A DNA stretch of 64,000 nt, from contig JASCQW010000137.1 of the NCBI GenBank assembly GCA_030264375.1, positions 26,966,358 to 27,030,357 on the forward strand, written 5' to 3'. The notes beneath the pieces are model-generated. The model saw nothing but the letters and a program-made list of their open reading frames with translations. It made no database searches and was not told the origin of the DNA. This DNA is from Carcharhinus longimanus. Taxonomy: Eukaryota. Position numbers and translations under genes: made by a program. Shown piece by piece: positions 12,801-27,800 of this stretch (position 1 is its first letter; each line of letters opens with the position of its first letter).

Positions 12801-15800
12801 AGGCACCTGATTGTGGCGACTGAGGGATTTTCACAGTAACTTTGTTGCAGTGTTAATGTATGACTACTTATGATGCTAATAAATAAACTTAAACCTAAGA
12901 TCTCTGTCACAATAATAAAAGAGAATATACAACAATAAAAAGGGAATATCCTGAACATACATAGCAAGAGTGGCAGCATTTGTGTAGAGAGAAACAGAAT
13001 TGATGTTTCAGTTGATTAACAGAACTGGAAATAGTTTGAAATGTACTAGGTTTTTGAGCAGGTGAAAGGGGGGAGGGTTTCTACGAACAACCAGGAAGAT
13101 CTGGGCAACAAAAAAGATTAAATGTCAAAAAGAGTTGGTGGTACATGTCCAAAGGGAATGCTAATTAGTGAAGTAAAGAAACAAAAGATATGTCTAGAGG
13201 AGATGCAGATGGTAAAATGAGGAACAGCTGCAGAACAGCAGAAAAAAAACAGGAGCAGGACCAAAACATGCAAAGAAAAGTGTACTTTGGAGTCAGCAAA
13301 TATGTATTACTGCCAACTGGTTTCCGTTTAATTGATGGGTCAGGACTAAAGGAAATGATAATGGGACAAACAACAAAACAAACTCTATGACTAGAGGAGT
13401 TATAAAAGGCAAAATGATGACCAAACACAGATTGATCACTTTTTGTGGAGCATCATTTATCAATCTGCAAGCATAATTGTGAGTTTTAGATTGCCAAGTC
13501 CTTACCTGGCTCTCAATCTGATCTCTTTGTCCTTGGCCAATTTCAAATTTCAAATAAAGCTCAATGAACATTTGAGGAACAGAACCTCATTTTTCGATTA
13601 GGCACGTTACAGCCTTCCTGTCGTCTTTAACTAGTCTGACCTACATGTGACTTCGTATCCACAGCAATGTGGTTGACTCTCAGCTGCCTTCTGAAATGGC
13701 CCAGCAAGCCACTCAGTTCAAGGGTGACTAGGGATGGGCAATAAATGTTGGCCAGCCAACAATATCCATGTTTCATGAATCAATTAAAAAAAATTAAGTT
13801 CAGCAATTTCAGACCATAACCTTGGGCCTCCATTTTGTTTTCTCTTGTTTTGCACTTGATTTTTGCTTTCAAACGGCAGCTGATCATCATTCTGTATTTT
13901 TTTTTGTTTTTATTCCAATTCAATCAATTCAAGTCCAATTCAGAGTCTCAACAAGTTGAGACATTCCCGATCCAAGCTGACAAGACAGGGCTCTCAACTC
14001 CTGTCTGGGGCTTGATCTACATGATCCAAGCTGATTGGAGTAGGCATAGCACCTCCTCCGAGGCTTGATCTAATTTGCATCTTAGCCAAAAGGCCAAAAT
14101 GCCGCTTTTAAAAATTGCTTCAAATAAAGCTAAAATGTAACCTAATGACTTCAACCAAGCACAGCATGTCAATACTACACTTAATCTTATCACTTCCTTT
14201 GGCCCTGATCCATCAACTCTTTTATCGTTTAATCTTTCCTTTCCTCTATTCTCCCATTTTACCTGCTTAAGATCTGTTTATATTTCTAATTTTTCCCAAT
14301 CAAAGATCATTTATCCGAAATGTTAACTTTTTTTTCTGTGCTCACAAATGCTGTCTGATGTTTTGTTTCTTTATTAAGCAAGTGCAGTGGCAGGGGAAGG
14401 TTGAGAGGAGGGGAGACAAAGAACAAAAGGAAGGGTATGCAATTGATTGGAGGACCAAGCAGGAATAACAGATGTCGAGTATAGGGCTAATGGGAGGACT
14501 CTGAATAGTGTGGATGAACAGAGGGATCTAGGTGTATGTGTACATAGATCCCTGAAAGTTGGGAATCANNNNNNNNNNNNNNNNNNNNNNNNNNNNNNNN
14601 NNNNNNNNNNNNNNNNNNNNNNNNNNNNNNNNNNNNNNNNNNNNNNNNNNNNNNNNNNNNNNNNNNNNGGTCATTGTTTTTTAACTGGTCGGTGCAACAT
14701 TGTGGGCCGAAGGGCCTGTTCTGCGCTGTAATGTTCTATGTTCTAATTGACAAGAAAGGCATACGTGAGAGAAATGGGAAAGTAACAGGACAATTACAGA
14801 AGCAAAAGATGTGCCTGCAAGAGTTGTCCATGGTGAAATGCAGGATCATTACTGACAGCTGATGTTACAAAAGAAACATGCTGCACTTGTTGATGCTGCA
14901 ACTGCTGGGCATGAACTTCTCACTTATGGACAATTACAATGTCTGTGATATGAAAACCAGTGACTACTGTCTTCAGTGGCATTGTGTGTAATTGTTGTTT
15001 TGATATTGTTAAAGCTTTCCCCAGCATCCGTCTTAGGCAGTCTCGCAGGATCAGGGATGACTTGTTTCCACTCTGGTTTGATGGGCTCTGAGATGGATGA
15101 TCAGTCGAATGTGCCGTGTGCAGATTATGCCACATGTAAGACAGGTGATTTTTGAAGGGTTGGATAGATAATTGTTTGGTGATTTGTGTGCCCTTGCTGA
15201 TGCCTCAACTTCACCTCTGTAAGTTCCCAACAAAGTATATCTGTGTTTGGTACCTTCCTAAATTATGCTGGATTTTGGTCAATCACAAGCTAGGTCTGTC
15301 ATGAGTTGACAAGTATGTTTGACCTCTTCCGGGATGCCTTAAGGATACTTCTAAAGCATTTTCACCGTTTTACTAGAAGTCTTCTGTTGTGATCAAGTTC
15401 CGAACAGAGCAGTTTCGGTGTCAGGCGTATGACTTAAAAATCCAGTGGGAGTGGCTAGCACCTCGATGCTGGACAAGTTGGCTTGTGAGAGGACGCTGTT
15501 ACTAGATTGTCCTTCTTGCCTCTGGATTTTAAGAATCTTCAAAGGCACCACTGATGGTTATTGTCTCATGCTTTGAGGTACCTTCAATAGCTTATCCAAG
15601 TCTCCAAAGCATATAGGAGCATGGGGGTCACCACTGCCATGTAAACCATGCACATGCAGAGATCCATGTTGAGAACTGCAGTGGACAAGAAAAATGCAAA
15701 AAAAGGGTGCAGAAGTTATGATCTGAACTTGTTCAACCTAGTGTTAAGTCTGGAAGCCTCCAAAGTGCCTAACTGAAACATTGTTCCTGACTGATACATT

Positions 15801-18800
15801 GAGTTTGGAACAGTCTAGACTCTAGGAGGCCAGGGCCAAGGACAGCAAAGTCAAAGTGGGAGTGGAGCAAAGATGCAGAACGACAGGTTACTGGAAGCTC
15901 AGGGCCATGTCTGGAAACTAAGTCAGTATGCTTTGCACAGTCACCCAGTCTGTTGTAGTCTCTATGATGTAGGGCCCACCACACTATGAGCACAGAATAC
16001 AGTACATTGAATTGAAAAGATTGCTGTTTTGGTTGGAGTGATTTGGACCTAAGTTAGTGAGAAGGAAGGAGACAGAAGTGCAAAGGAAAGAGCATCTCCC
16101 ATGCTTCCTCAAGAAGGGGAAAGGGTTATTGGCTGAAAAGAGTTGATTGGTAGAATGACTGAAAATTTCTGATCCTTATTTCTTTTCAGTGATATGGACT
16201 GCACAAGGCAACTGTTTGACAACAAATTCAGATGAAAGCACTATTGGAAGAAACAGTGGTATATTTTGGGCTCTGTTACAATTTAGGTATTTACTAAAAA
16301 TTAAGTTTACAAACTACATAACATTACTGAAATCAACTTAGATGAATAAGTGTGTTGTAGAGATACTTAAAGGTTGAAATTTTTCACCTTTTCTATGTTA
16401 TGCATGCAAGTGCCACTCGTGGAGGTGGAACTTTTAATGTATACTTGTTGTTGTAATACATATACATCTGTGAATTTACTAATACTTATCTATTAGCTGC
16501 TCATTTTTTAACATATTTTCTGCAGCCCACCTTCCCTGGTTCTACCATTCTTAAGTTTTAAAATGTTGTATGTATTAGAACATTTGTATTGTATAATTTG
16601 GCTTGTGCGAAAACTAGGAGAGCTATCTCATAGACTAGTAAAGCAATAGCCTGATGTAGTTAGCATTCCAATTTGCTTTCTGACTGATCTTTGCTGATTG
16701 GTAATGTTCCTAATGGGCAGTACAGAGCTGGGAAAATTTCTCACAAACACTGATAACAATGACATTTTCACACTGAAAATTGAATGTTTAAGTTCAAAAA
16801 GCTCATAAAAGTTATAGAAACTGAAGCATTTAAAAATGCTCCTCAAGTGGTTTTGTAAAAGGAGATTTTTTTGGGGGTAGCAGGCGGCATGACAGCACAG
16901 TGGTTAGCCCTGCTGCCTCACAGTGCGAGACACTCAGGTTCAATTCCAGCTTTGGGTGACTGTGTGGAATTTACATGTTCTCCCTGTGTCTGCATGGTTT
17001 CCCTCTGGGTGCTCTGGTTTCCTCCAGTAGTCCAAAGATGTGCAGGTTAGGTGGATTAGCTATGCTAAATTGCCCATTAGTGTCCCAAGCAGTATAGGTA
17101 GTGGGATTAGTGGGGTAAATACGTGGAGTTACGGGGATGGGGCCTGCGTAAGATATTCTGTCAGAGAGTTGGTGCAGACTCGATGGGCCAATTGGCCTCC
17201 TCCTGCACTGCAGGGATTCTGTGTTCATTAAGTTGATGGTATGGGCAAAGATGATTATTATATAATCTATAGAATTCAAATTCGTACTGTAATTTCTATG
17301 TATCTTTGCTAAAGCTGAGGCAGCAAATCCTACAAGAATTTTTGTAAGATAATTTCTTAATCTTAGAATATTTGTGATTTGCTATCCTTCTAAATTCAGG
17401 TTCTTATGACATATACTTGATGGTTCTGCTCAGCTATGATGCCTTTTGGTATCTTGGTGTATTTCATAAAACTGAATTGCCTTAAACTGTTCAAATGGTG
17501 AACTATTTTGCAGATTACTTGTACACAAATATGAAGTTGGACTAGGCCTGATGGCATCCATTTGAACATTTCCAACATCCATATTGTAATCTGATCAAAC
17601 ACTGGAAAATGCATTCTTGTATAGTTTACGATATATTTCTAAATCTATTCTGTTTCCCTTCTTGATGTTTCATTATGAAAGGCCACACTAATACATGGTT
17701 TAAAATGTTTGAGTTGGTGAGCATTACTTTCTATGCTGTAACGCAATTCAAGGAAGAATTAATTTAATGCATTTAACATGGAAAAATATCCTAAAATACT
17801 TTAAAGGTGGAATCAGGTGATAGTTGCAGACAAGCTAGAGACATTGGGAGGGGTGACCAAAAGCTTAGTCAGAGGTGGTTTTAAAAGTGGATGTGATGAT
17901 GGTGAGAGAGAGGGAGTTAGAGGGAATTCCAAAGTGTGCAGACTAGGTAGTTGAAGACATGACCACCAACTGTTGGCAGCACTGCAGTTAGCACTATTGC
18001 CTCACAGCGCCAGGGACTTGGGTTCAATTCCAGCCTTGGGTGTCTGTTTGTATTGAGTTTGCACATTCTCCCTATGTCTGCGTGGGTTTCCTCCAGGCAT
18101 TCCGGTTTCCTCCACAATCAAAAAAATGCACGTTGATTGATCATGTTAAATGTAGGTTAGGGGTGTTAGCAGGGATAAATTCAATGATTCTAAAAGTGGA
18201 AATGTGGGGGTTTGCTAGAATCAAAAAAAGTGTGCTCAGGGGAATGTGAAGATTGGAGAAGGTTAGAAAGATAGAAAGAACGAGTCAACAGAAGATTTAA
18301 ATAAAAGGATGAGAATTTTAAACTTGTGGCATTGTGACACTCATAGCTCAGCAAGGTGATAGGAGTGGAATTTGTTGCAGGCTACAGGAGCAGAGTTCTG
18401 ATGCTTATGGAGCTGTGAGGATGACAGACTGGGTGAGAGAGCGTTGTGATTGACAGGCCTGAGGTAACAAAGGCGTAACTGAGGATTTTAGCTGCAGATG
18501 GGTCGAGGTAGACAGAAGTGGTTGCTGTGTGTTTTAATTTTTCAAGTTACCAAACCCTCTGTTATAAAGTCCAGGGGGAAGAAATTTGTGTGAATTTATT
18601 TCCCCAGCAAGCAGTGACACAGCCAACATCATGTTCTTCCTTGATAGAATTGAACTATGCCATGCAGGGAGCAATCCATGGCATTGTTGTCAGAAAATTA
18701 ACATAACAGCACAACACAAATAAATCTCTGACCCCCAGGCGTCTTGTTTGGTAAGCTCATTCTATTTTTTGTTTCTAACTTTTGTCATTTGCCTGAAGTT

Positions 18801-21800
18801 CTGGAGGGCAGCTGCTCCATTTGAAACTAGACCCTGTAAGTTACAATGGTAAAATAATGTAAATTCTGGTACAATAAAATTACCTGAATGTTACTTGAAG
18901 TTAATTTTGTGTTTTAACCACATCTCGTTTCAATTAATTGTTCTCTTTTAACTATTATTACAGTAATCATAGCATTAGAACTGTCAGTAGCCTGTTTTTA
19001 TTCAGTATGAAATATAATATTCCTTTCTTTCCTTCTCCAGTCTGTTATTTGGAAATCTGTATATATATCTTGCCTGGAAGGGAGAAAAGCATATCTCAGG
19101 TCAGTTTCATCCAAAGCCTACACTGAGCATATGTAAATAGGAACTAAGCCATAGAAAATGTGTCATTGCAGAGTATTGGTGCTTAATCATCAACAGATTT
19201 AGAGTTTTGCTTGTTTTGGCACTTTATGCCATTTTTATGGTTATGAATTTTAAAAATGACTTTCTCGAATACTAAAGAAAGGCAAACTTTATTGCATAAA
19301 ATGCTGCTGCATGCATCACTTGTAACATTTCACAATAGATATTAAAGGAATGCTCTTAGGAATGAATGAAAGGTTCATTATTGATTATATTCATTTGTTA
19401 TATTAATGTAAACCNNNNNNNNNNNNNNNNNNNNNNNNNNNNNNNNNNNNNNNNNNNNNNNNNNNNNNNNNNNNNNNNNNNNNNNTTGCCAGCTCACTGT
19501 GACACTATTAGCTTCACTTATGTTGACTCTGACATACTTTTGGATTAACTCCATTGTTACCTTGAAGCACAGTTCTTGAACATCCATACAGGAGCATATC
19601 AATGAGCATGGGATACAAACAGAGTGTAGTAACTGGTGATGTTTTAAGAAATATGGTGCTGCGAATATAATGAAGGCATGGATTTGATGGCCAAATAGCC
19701 GCTGTTTGTGCAGATTAACTGTGATTCTATATTTATAATCTTTAATACCTCAATGTATTATGTAATAAGCTGGTGGCTATTGTTAGCACATATCTTAAAA
19801 TTTGCAGTCCTATTTGCTTGGTATCTATTAACCTCCTTTGCAATGCTTTCAGTACAATATTGTCGCTGCCTGGTAATTTTCAATCTTTTTAATATATGTA
19901 TTTCCTTTTGTAAAATTATAACATTCTATGATCTTAATTTTGTCTCCATAATTTTGCCTCCATATCAATACTGAGTCCTCCCCTTCAAGCAGTCTAGCTT
20001 TCATCTCCATCTTCTTTCTTGGATGTACTTTATTTCCCTTTGCCTTCACTGTATCCTGTCTTCACCCACTCCCTGCTTCATAACACAATCTTGCTGTCTT
20101 GTTCTTTTCTCCTAAGTTCATAAGTGCGTCATGTTTCCTCTCTTCCTCTGTGTTTTAACAGCTTAATAATTTTGATGCTAAACTTTCTTCTTGGGTCTCC
20201 TCAGATCATAACCGGAGGACTGTTTATATTTCACTAACTGTAATTAGTGGAGTTGGAAGTGTCCTATTTTTACTTATAAGGAAACCTGTCTCAGAGGTTT
20301 TGTGTACAGAAGAAGACAAATCTGATGATGAGTGTGAAACTGTTCTTGGGTAAGTTCATTTTTGCTTTCTTTTAGAAGAGTGGAGGCTGTGATGTGCAAT
20401 CCTACCAATTTACTATGTTGGGAAATTCATCAGCTTAAATTTTCTTTTTTGTTTTTGTGTGCATGTACTGGAGAGATTCTATATTGATGTATTTGACGTG
20501 TGAGAGTGCAAATCAGGAATTTGCAATTTATTTGACTTTGAGCTTCAAGTGCATATTGTGTAATGTTGAATATTACACAATATATTCAACATTCTCATTA
20601 ATATACACATACAATCCTCTCCAAAATATCAGGTGGGAGAGAAAAATATTGATACATGTGGAGCTGGATTGCCAGGGCTTAAGAGCCAGAACGACAAGTT
20701 ACTGTATTTTCAGCACCACTGCAGTAAACCATCAACTCCCTTTCTATCACAAATCCAATACTGCTGTTCAGTGCTTCTTATATTTGCCTGTATCAATTTG
20801 TTCAGGATAAAATAATCAACAGTTCAAATAAAAACAATTTTGGTTACTTTGTTCATTACCAAAGGAGTTTAATTTCTTTAACAGCATATTCATGAACATT
20901 AATTTATTGATTGGAACTAATTCCTTCTTGGATACCAATAAACTAATCTCCAGTTTGAACTTATTTTATCTGCATTCATCAATGTTTCAATTTGTATAGC
21001 CACTATGGATTAAAGTTAGGATATCTTAAATTTATGTGCCAAAACAGATTAAAGGAATTCATGCAAATCTACGAATTAGGAGAAGGAGTAGGCCACTCAG
21101 CCTCTTGAGCCTCCTCCACCATTCAGTAAAATCAAAGCTGATCTGATTGTAATTTCAACCACAAATTCTGCCTACCTAATAACCTTTTACCTACATATTG
21201 ATCAATAACCTATTTAACTCTGCCTTAAAAACATTCCAAGATTCTGCTTCCACTGCCTTTTGAGGAAGAAACTCAAAATCTTCTGAAAGAAAAAAAATCT
21301 TCTCATTTCTGTCTTAAATGAGAGACCCCTTCATTTTTAAACCATGACCCCTAGTTCTAAATTCTCCAGTGAGAGGAAGCATACTTTCCACATCCACTCT
21401 GTCAGTAACCCTCAGGATCTTAAAGATTTTTTTTCTCTAACTCTTCTAAACTCTAATGGATACAAACCTAACTTCTCCAACCTTTTCTCATAAGATAACC
21501 TATCTATTCCTTGTATTAATCTAGTAAATTTGTACTGACTGCTTATAATTTTACATCTTTCCTTCAATAAAGGAGATCAATACTTCAATAGTACTCCAGA
21601 TGTGGTCTCACCAATGTTCTGTGCAACTGAAGCATTAACTTCCTCCTTTTGTAAACAATTCCCCTCACAATAAATGATAACATTTTATTACCATGTACCT
21701 GTATACAAGCCTTTTGTGATTCATGCACTCGGACATCCAGATCCCTTTGCTTCTCAGTGCTCTGCAGACTCTTATCATTTAGATAATCTTCTATTATAGT

Positions 21801-24800
21801 CTGCCTGCCAAAATGAAAAATACATATTTGCCAAATTTTTGTCCACTCACTATCTGTGTCCCTTTATAGCTTCTTTATGTCCACTTCATAATTTACTTTC
21901 CTACCTATTTTGTGTTGTCAGCAAATTTTGGCAGCTGTACCTTCAATATCTTCATCCAACTGATTTATATTCATTGTAAAAAGTTGAAACCCCAGTACTG
22001 GACCATGTGGTACACTACTCATCACATCCTGTCAATCAGAAAATTAATGTCAACTCTGTTTCCTGTTATCTAGCCAATTTTCAATCCATGCCAGTGTTTC
22101 CCCTACGCCATGAGATTTTATTTTCTGCAATAACATTTTGATGTGGCAACTTATCAAATGTTCTTCTGGAAATCTTAAGGACAGTACATCCACTGGTTCC
22201 TCTTTGTCCACGGCATATGGGACTCCTTCAAAGAATTCCAATAAATTGGTTAAATATGATTTCCCTTTCACAAAACCATGTTAATTTTGCCTAAATACCT
22301 TGAATTTTTTTCTTTATAACATCTTTAATGATGGTCTCTAACATTATATGACAGATGTTAAGCTAACTGGCCTGTAGTTTCCTGCTTTTTGAATAAACGA
22401 GTTACATTTGCTAGCTTCCAGTTTAATGGAGCTTTCCCAGAATCTAGGGAATTTTGGAAAATTAAAATCAGTTAATCCAATCTCATTGCGCAATACCAGG
22501 TCTAGTGTAGCCTGTCTTCTGTTTGGCTCCAGAATATGTTTTCTAAGAAATTATCCCAAAAACATGTCTACACTACCTTTGCCAATCTGATTTTTCCAAT
22601 CTATGTGTAGATTAAAATTCCCCCATGATTATTGCAGCATCTTTCTGACAAACTCCCATTATCTTCTCATTCATAATCCAACCTATCAGGCAGTTACAGT
22701 TAGGGAGTCTGTACAATTCAATGACTTTCACCTCTTGAAAATCTATCCGTAATTACACAGAGCAAGTAAGGGTGACATTTTGTAAGCAACCAGTCTTGTG
22801 CTATGCCCTGCTTCAGATGAACTGATCCAATTGGAGCTCATCTGAATATTAAACATTTATAATAATATTACATGGCTCAATAGCAATTAAATTTATGTGG
22901 TGATTAACAAATTTTTTTCACCTTATTTACAGACCTCAAGAACAGCAATCACAAGCAATAGAGGCATTTCGTAAGCATGCTTTTATAGACAAAATTTTAA
23001 CTGGCGAGAGGGTATGTGGCTACAGGCACAGGCAGGAAGTTAAAACCAAAACATATGCCAGCTTGTTGGAAACCTAACATGTTTCACTCACTTCTGGCTT
23101 TTACTGCAGTGCTATTGGAGGGGTGCTGGTATTACTCTGTGGAGATGTTGACTGTCTATGATATAAAGGGAGAATTAATTCTGCCGCCAAATATTCTGGC
23201 TTTAAGCTGTGCAAAACTCATCAGGGTCAGGAAGACAAGAGCAGGGGGAATGGTTCTTCTGTGAAAATGATAGAGCAAAACTGCATAAGTGCTTCTCACT
23301 TGCGTTTCACTGCTCTAAAGGATATTTCCAACTTTTTGGATGTCTTTTCATCCATCTTGGATTTCGTCACTTTGATCTGCACTGAGTTGTGTGATTTCAA
23401 GAAATTACTTATAGCTCTTGGAGCTGCAGAGATCAAGGGATATGGGGGGGGAAGATGGGATCAAGATATTGAATTTGATGATCAACCATTATCATAATGA
23501 ATGACAGAATAGTCCTACTCCTACTTCTATTTTCTATGTTTCTATGAGTTCCAAAACACTTTGGCCCCCAGGCCCCCTGCTGGTAGGTCAAATCATTTTA
23601 CGAGGGTCATATGTCAGACATGACTGCCAAAATCCTGGCACCTGTTTAAAGTTATTGGCCTCCCCAAACCAGGCAAATGTCCAAAGCTGCCATCAACCTA
23701 AATGGCAAATATCAATGCTATCAATGAGCATATTTCAAGGTCGCATGCTTTTGGGCATTCAATGATGCTAACAAGTGGCATTTGCTCAGCACTTGATTGC
23801 TCACTGGGTTCTGCCAGGACCATTCAGCTCCTGGTTATTGATCAGGATGGATTTGTCCTGCTTTTTGTGGACTGGCCATACCTGGGAAACTTTCCACATT
23901 GCCAGGTAGATGGCATACTGGAACCGCATGACTCAAAGTGACTTGGTCGGGAACACACATCTTCAGCATTATAGCCAGAATGTTGTCGAGCCATTTTTCA
24001 GTCCCATCAGCCATTCTTCGATAGCGCGTGGAGCAAGTCGAACTGGCTGAAGACTGGCATCGGTGATGCTGGAGACTCAAGAGAAAACTGAGATCATTGA
24101 CATAGGCATAGAATCCTACACTATAGAAGGAGGCCATTTGGCCCATGGAGTCTGCACTAACCACAATCCCACCCAGGCTCTGTCCCCATAACCCCATGCA
24201 TTTACCCTAGCTAGTCCCCCTGCCACGAAGGCTTATTTAGCATGGCTAATCCACCTAACCTGCACATGTTTGGACTGTGGGAGGAAACTGGAGTATGCAG
24301 AAGAAACCCGCGCAGATGGGGGAAAATGCGCAAACTCCACACAGACAATGACCCAAGCCCGGAATTGAACCCTGGTTCCTGGTCTGTAAGGCAGCAGTGC
24401 TAACCGCTATGCCACAGTGCCATCCTTGGAGATGGAGATGGATCATCCATTTAGAGTTTCTGGCTGAAGATGCTTTCAAATGCTCCAATCTTGTCTTTTG
24501 CATGTATGTGCCAGGCTCCCCCATCTTTGAGGATGAGAATATTTGTGGAGCCTCCTCCCTAGTTTGTCATTTAATTGTCCTCCTCCATTCCTAACTGGAT
24601 GTGGCAGGACTGAAGAGCTTTAATTTAATCCGTTGGTTGTGGGATCTCTTGGCATGGTATCACTCGCTTCTTATGCTGTTGGCATGTAAGTGCCCCTGTG
24701 TCGTAGCTTCGTTCGGTTGACATTTCATTTTTAGGTATGCTTGGTGCTTCTCTTACACTCTTCAGTGAATCAGGAGTTGATTTCCCCCAGCTTGATGAGA

Positions 24801-27800
24801 TCTCCTTGCGAGATATGCTGGGCTGCAAAGTTAGATTGTGGTTGAGTACAGCTCTGCTGCTGATGGCCCACTGTGCCTCATGGCTGCCCAGTTTTGAGTT
24901 GCTAGATCGCTTAGAAATTTATCCCATTTAGCACAGTGGTGTTGCCGCACAACATGATGGAGGATATCCTCAATGTGAAGATGGGACTTTGTCTCCACAA
25001 GGACTGTGCGGTGGTCACTCTTGCCAGTGCTGTCATGGACAGATGCCTCTGCAACAAGTTGAGCGGCGAGGAAAAGGTCAAGTAGGTTTTTCTCTCTGGT
25101 TCCCTTACTACCTGCAACAGACAGAATCTAGCAGCTATAAACTTTAGGGCTCGGCCGGTATTGGTGCGACCCTGCCAGTCTTGATGAAGGGCATTGAAGT
25201 CCCCCACCCAGAGTGCATTCTCTGCCCTTGTTCTCGATGCTTCTTCTAAATGTTGTTCACCAAAGAGGAGTACTGATTCATAAGCTGATGGAGCACGGAA
25301 TATTGTAATCAGCAGGAGGTTCTTTATCCAAGTTTTACAAGATACCATAAAAGGTTCGTGGGGTCCCGAATCAGTGCTGAGAACTCCCAGGGAAACTCCC
25401 TCTGTCGTGTATACCACTTCTGGACCTGTGTTTTCAGGTGGATAGTATACTCCTTGGAGTGGTGATGGTGGTGTCTAGTACACTGTTTGTGAGGTCTGGG
25501 ATGAGTATGACTATATCAAGCTGTTACTGGACTAGTCTTTGAGACAGCTCTCCCACAAACCTACAGATGTTAGGGTTTTGCTGGATTGATAGGGCTGAGT
25601 GTGCTGCTGTAGTTTCTGGTACCTAGATCGTTGCTGGATTGTCTGTTCATTTAATTCCTTGACTTTGTAGCATTTGATACAACTGGTTTGCTAGGCTATT
25701 GTGAAGGGTGTTAGGATTCACCCACATTTGTTGTGCATCCAGAATCACGCAAGGCAACTGGATAAGGCTAGCAGGTTCCTTTCTCTAAAGGATATTAATA
25801 AACCTGATGTATTTTTACTGAAATCAATGATAGTTTCAGGGTCACTATGCTGAGACTTTCAATTCCAAATTTAGTAATTGAATCTAAATTCCNNNNNNNN
25901 NNNNNNNNNNNNNNNNNNNNNNNNNNNNNNNNNNNNNNNNNNNNNNNNNNNNNNNNNNNNNNNNNNNNNNNNNNNNNNNNNNNNNNNNNNNNATTCCAAA
26001 TTTATTAATTGAATCTAAATTCCACTTTTGCCATGGGAGGAGTTGAGCCCGTGTCCCTCCAAGCGTTAGTCTGGGTTTCTAGATTACTCATTCGTTGATA
26101 TGACCTATATCATCATTTGCCCATTATGTACCAAATGACAGTGTGATATCTAATTTTGTCATTTTATGTCTGAGACCCCTTCTCTAATGCCAATGGCTAT
26201 TCTTCTTGCGGTCAGTGTGACTATGATTGACCACCCCAGTTCTTTGTCTCTCCCTGGAGTTGTGGATCTTCTGCAAGGAAAGAAAGCTGAGATTTATGAA
26301 TGTAAGAGATGGAATTAGTAACCGAGTTTAGCAGCTAGGCAAGACCCACTTCTTGCCTGTTTTGGCTCTCCCCACTAAAAGTGGGGTCAGTTTAATCAAA
26401 ATTCTTGTCTGTGTTTATGTGTAAATAGCTGGTTTTCAATAATTTATTAGATCTATTTGATTTTTTTTGTGTGCTAATGGGAGTTTTCTTTCAAAATTAG
26501 GAAGTGCAATCCGTATATTCTTCACCAATGATATGCTGCTGCTAAGTGTTACTATTGCTTACACTGGTAAGATCCTCCCAGGAGTCCGATACATCTATTA
26601 AAGGAGTTTGTGTGAATGCAAGATTTCCTTTGTCAATTTTTAAAAATTCTTGATTGCTTAAATTCCGTGGTTTTGTGTGATGCACATAAAATTAACCTCC
26701 TGAGTATGATTTTCAATTTTTTTAATACAGAGTTAATGACATTTTATCAGTCATTAATAATGTGAAGTTATACCCACTAAAAATAAAAATTTGAAGATGA
26801 TGTTTCTGTTACAATTTTGTTCCTGTTCATTTTGAAACATCACCATATTCCTGGCAAGAGGACAACTGGGGCAAAACATCCTAGGTCTACAATCATGTAG
26901 CATAATCAACCTCTGGAGAGTGCATATGTTCAACTCTGTATTTCTCATCATGTGTTGCTGTGATCTGAAATACTAGTTTTGTTAATTTGCTGGTTGGTTG
27001 TCCGGGTGATACAACAGAAAGGCTAATTAATGTGAGGAAGCTGAATGATAAAATTACTTGTGCTTCAGAGTTTAAACAAGAGACCACGCAGGGTTTGAGT
27101 GGTGAAAATGCTGAATTCTTTCTTTTCTAGGTTTAGAACTAACCTTTTTCAGTGGAGTCTATGGGACCTGTTTGGGAGCAACAAATCATTTTGGGAATGA
27201 AGCCAAGAGCCTGATTGGTTTATCTGGCATATTCATTGGTGTTGGAGAAATCATAGGTTTGTAATCATTTGCTGTTGTATTAATTATTAAATATTGAAAT
27301 CTGCTTTCAATAAACAGAATTGCATTCACTTAATTTTGTCATTTTTATTTCTAGGTGGTGCAACTTTTGGTCTACTGAACAAATTCCTCAGCAAATATTT
27401 TGGCATTGGCAGAAACCCTGTCGTTCTCCTGGGTTTATTAAGTCACATTATAGCTTTTTATCTGATATTCTTGAATATACCAGGGGATGCACCCATTGTT
27501 CCTGATGAAGGGACAAATCGAGTTTCTTATTTAATTCCAAGGTTAGTCATGTATCTTGATTTGTGCTTCTGGTTAATTTGAGTACAGTATAAAATGAGCT
27601 ATACTTGTAGCTAGGGAATTAATTCATTTGGGGAGTGAATATTTGAGAAATGTTACTAAACCTAAAGTTGAGAGAACCTGGGGATAAACATTAAACTCAA
27701 TCTGTCCAGAATGTAATCTACTGGATAACCATTCAATTTTGATTTTCATGGACTATTATTGGTATAGGTCTCATGTTCTGTTACAAATTGCCCCCTGTGG

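Noticed and set aside
14079-14095. Functional U2 snRNA gene
   Set aside because: Only ~17-25 nt match; the branch-site recognition sequence, Sm site and 3' stem-loops are missing.
16882-16960. tRNA gene
   Set aside because: The A/B-box sequence is the head of a multi-copy HE1 SINE and no intact cloverleaf is present.
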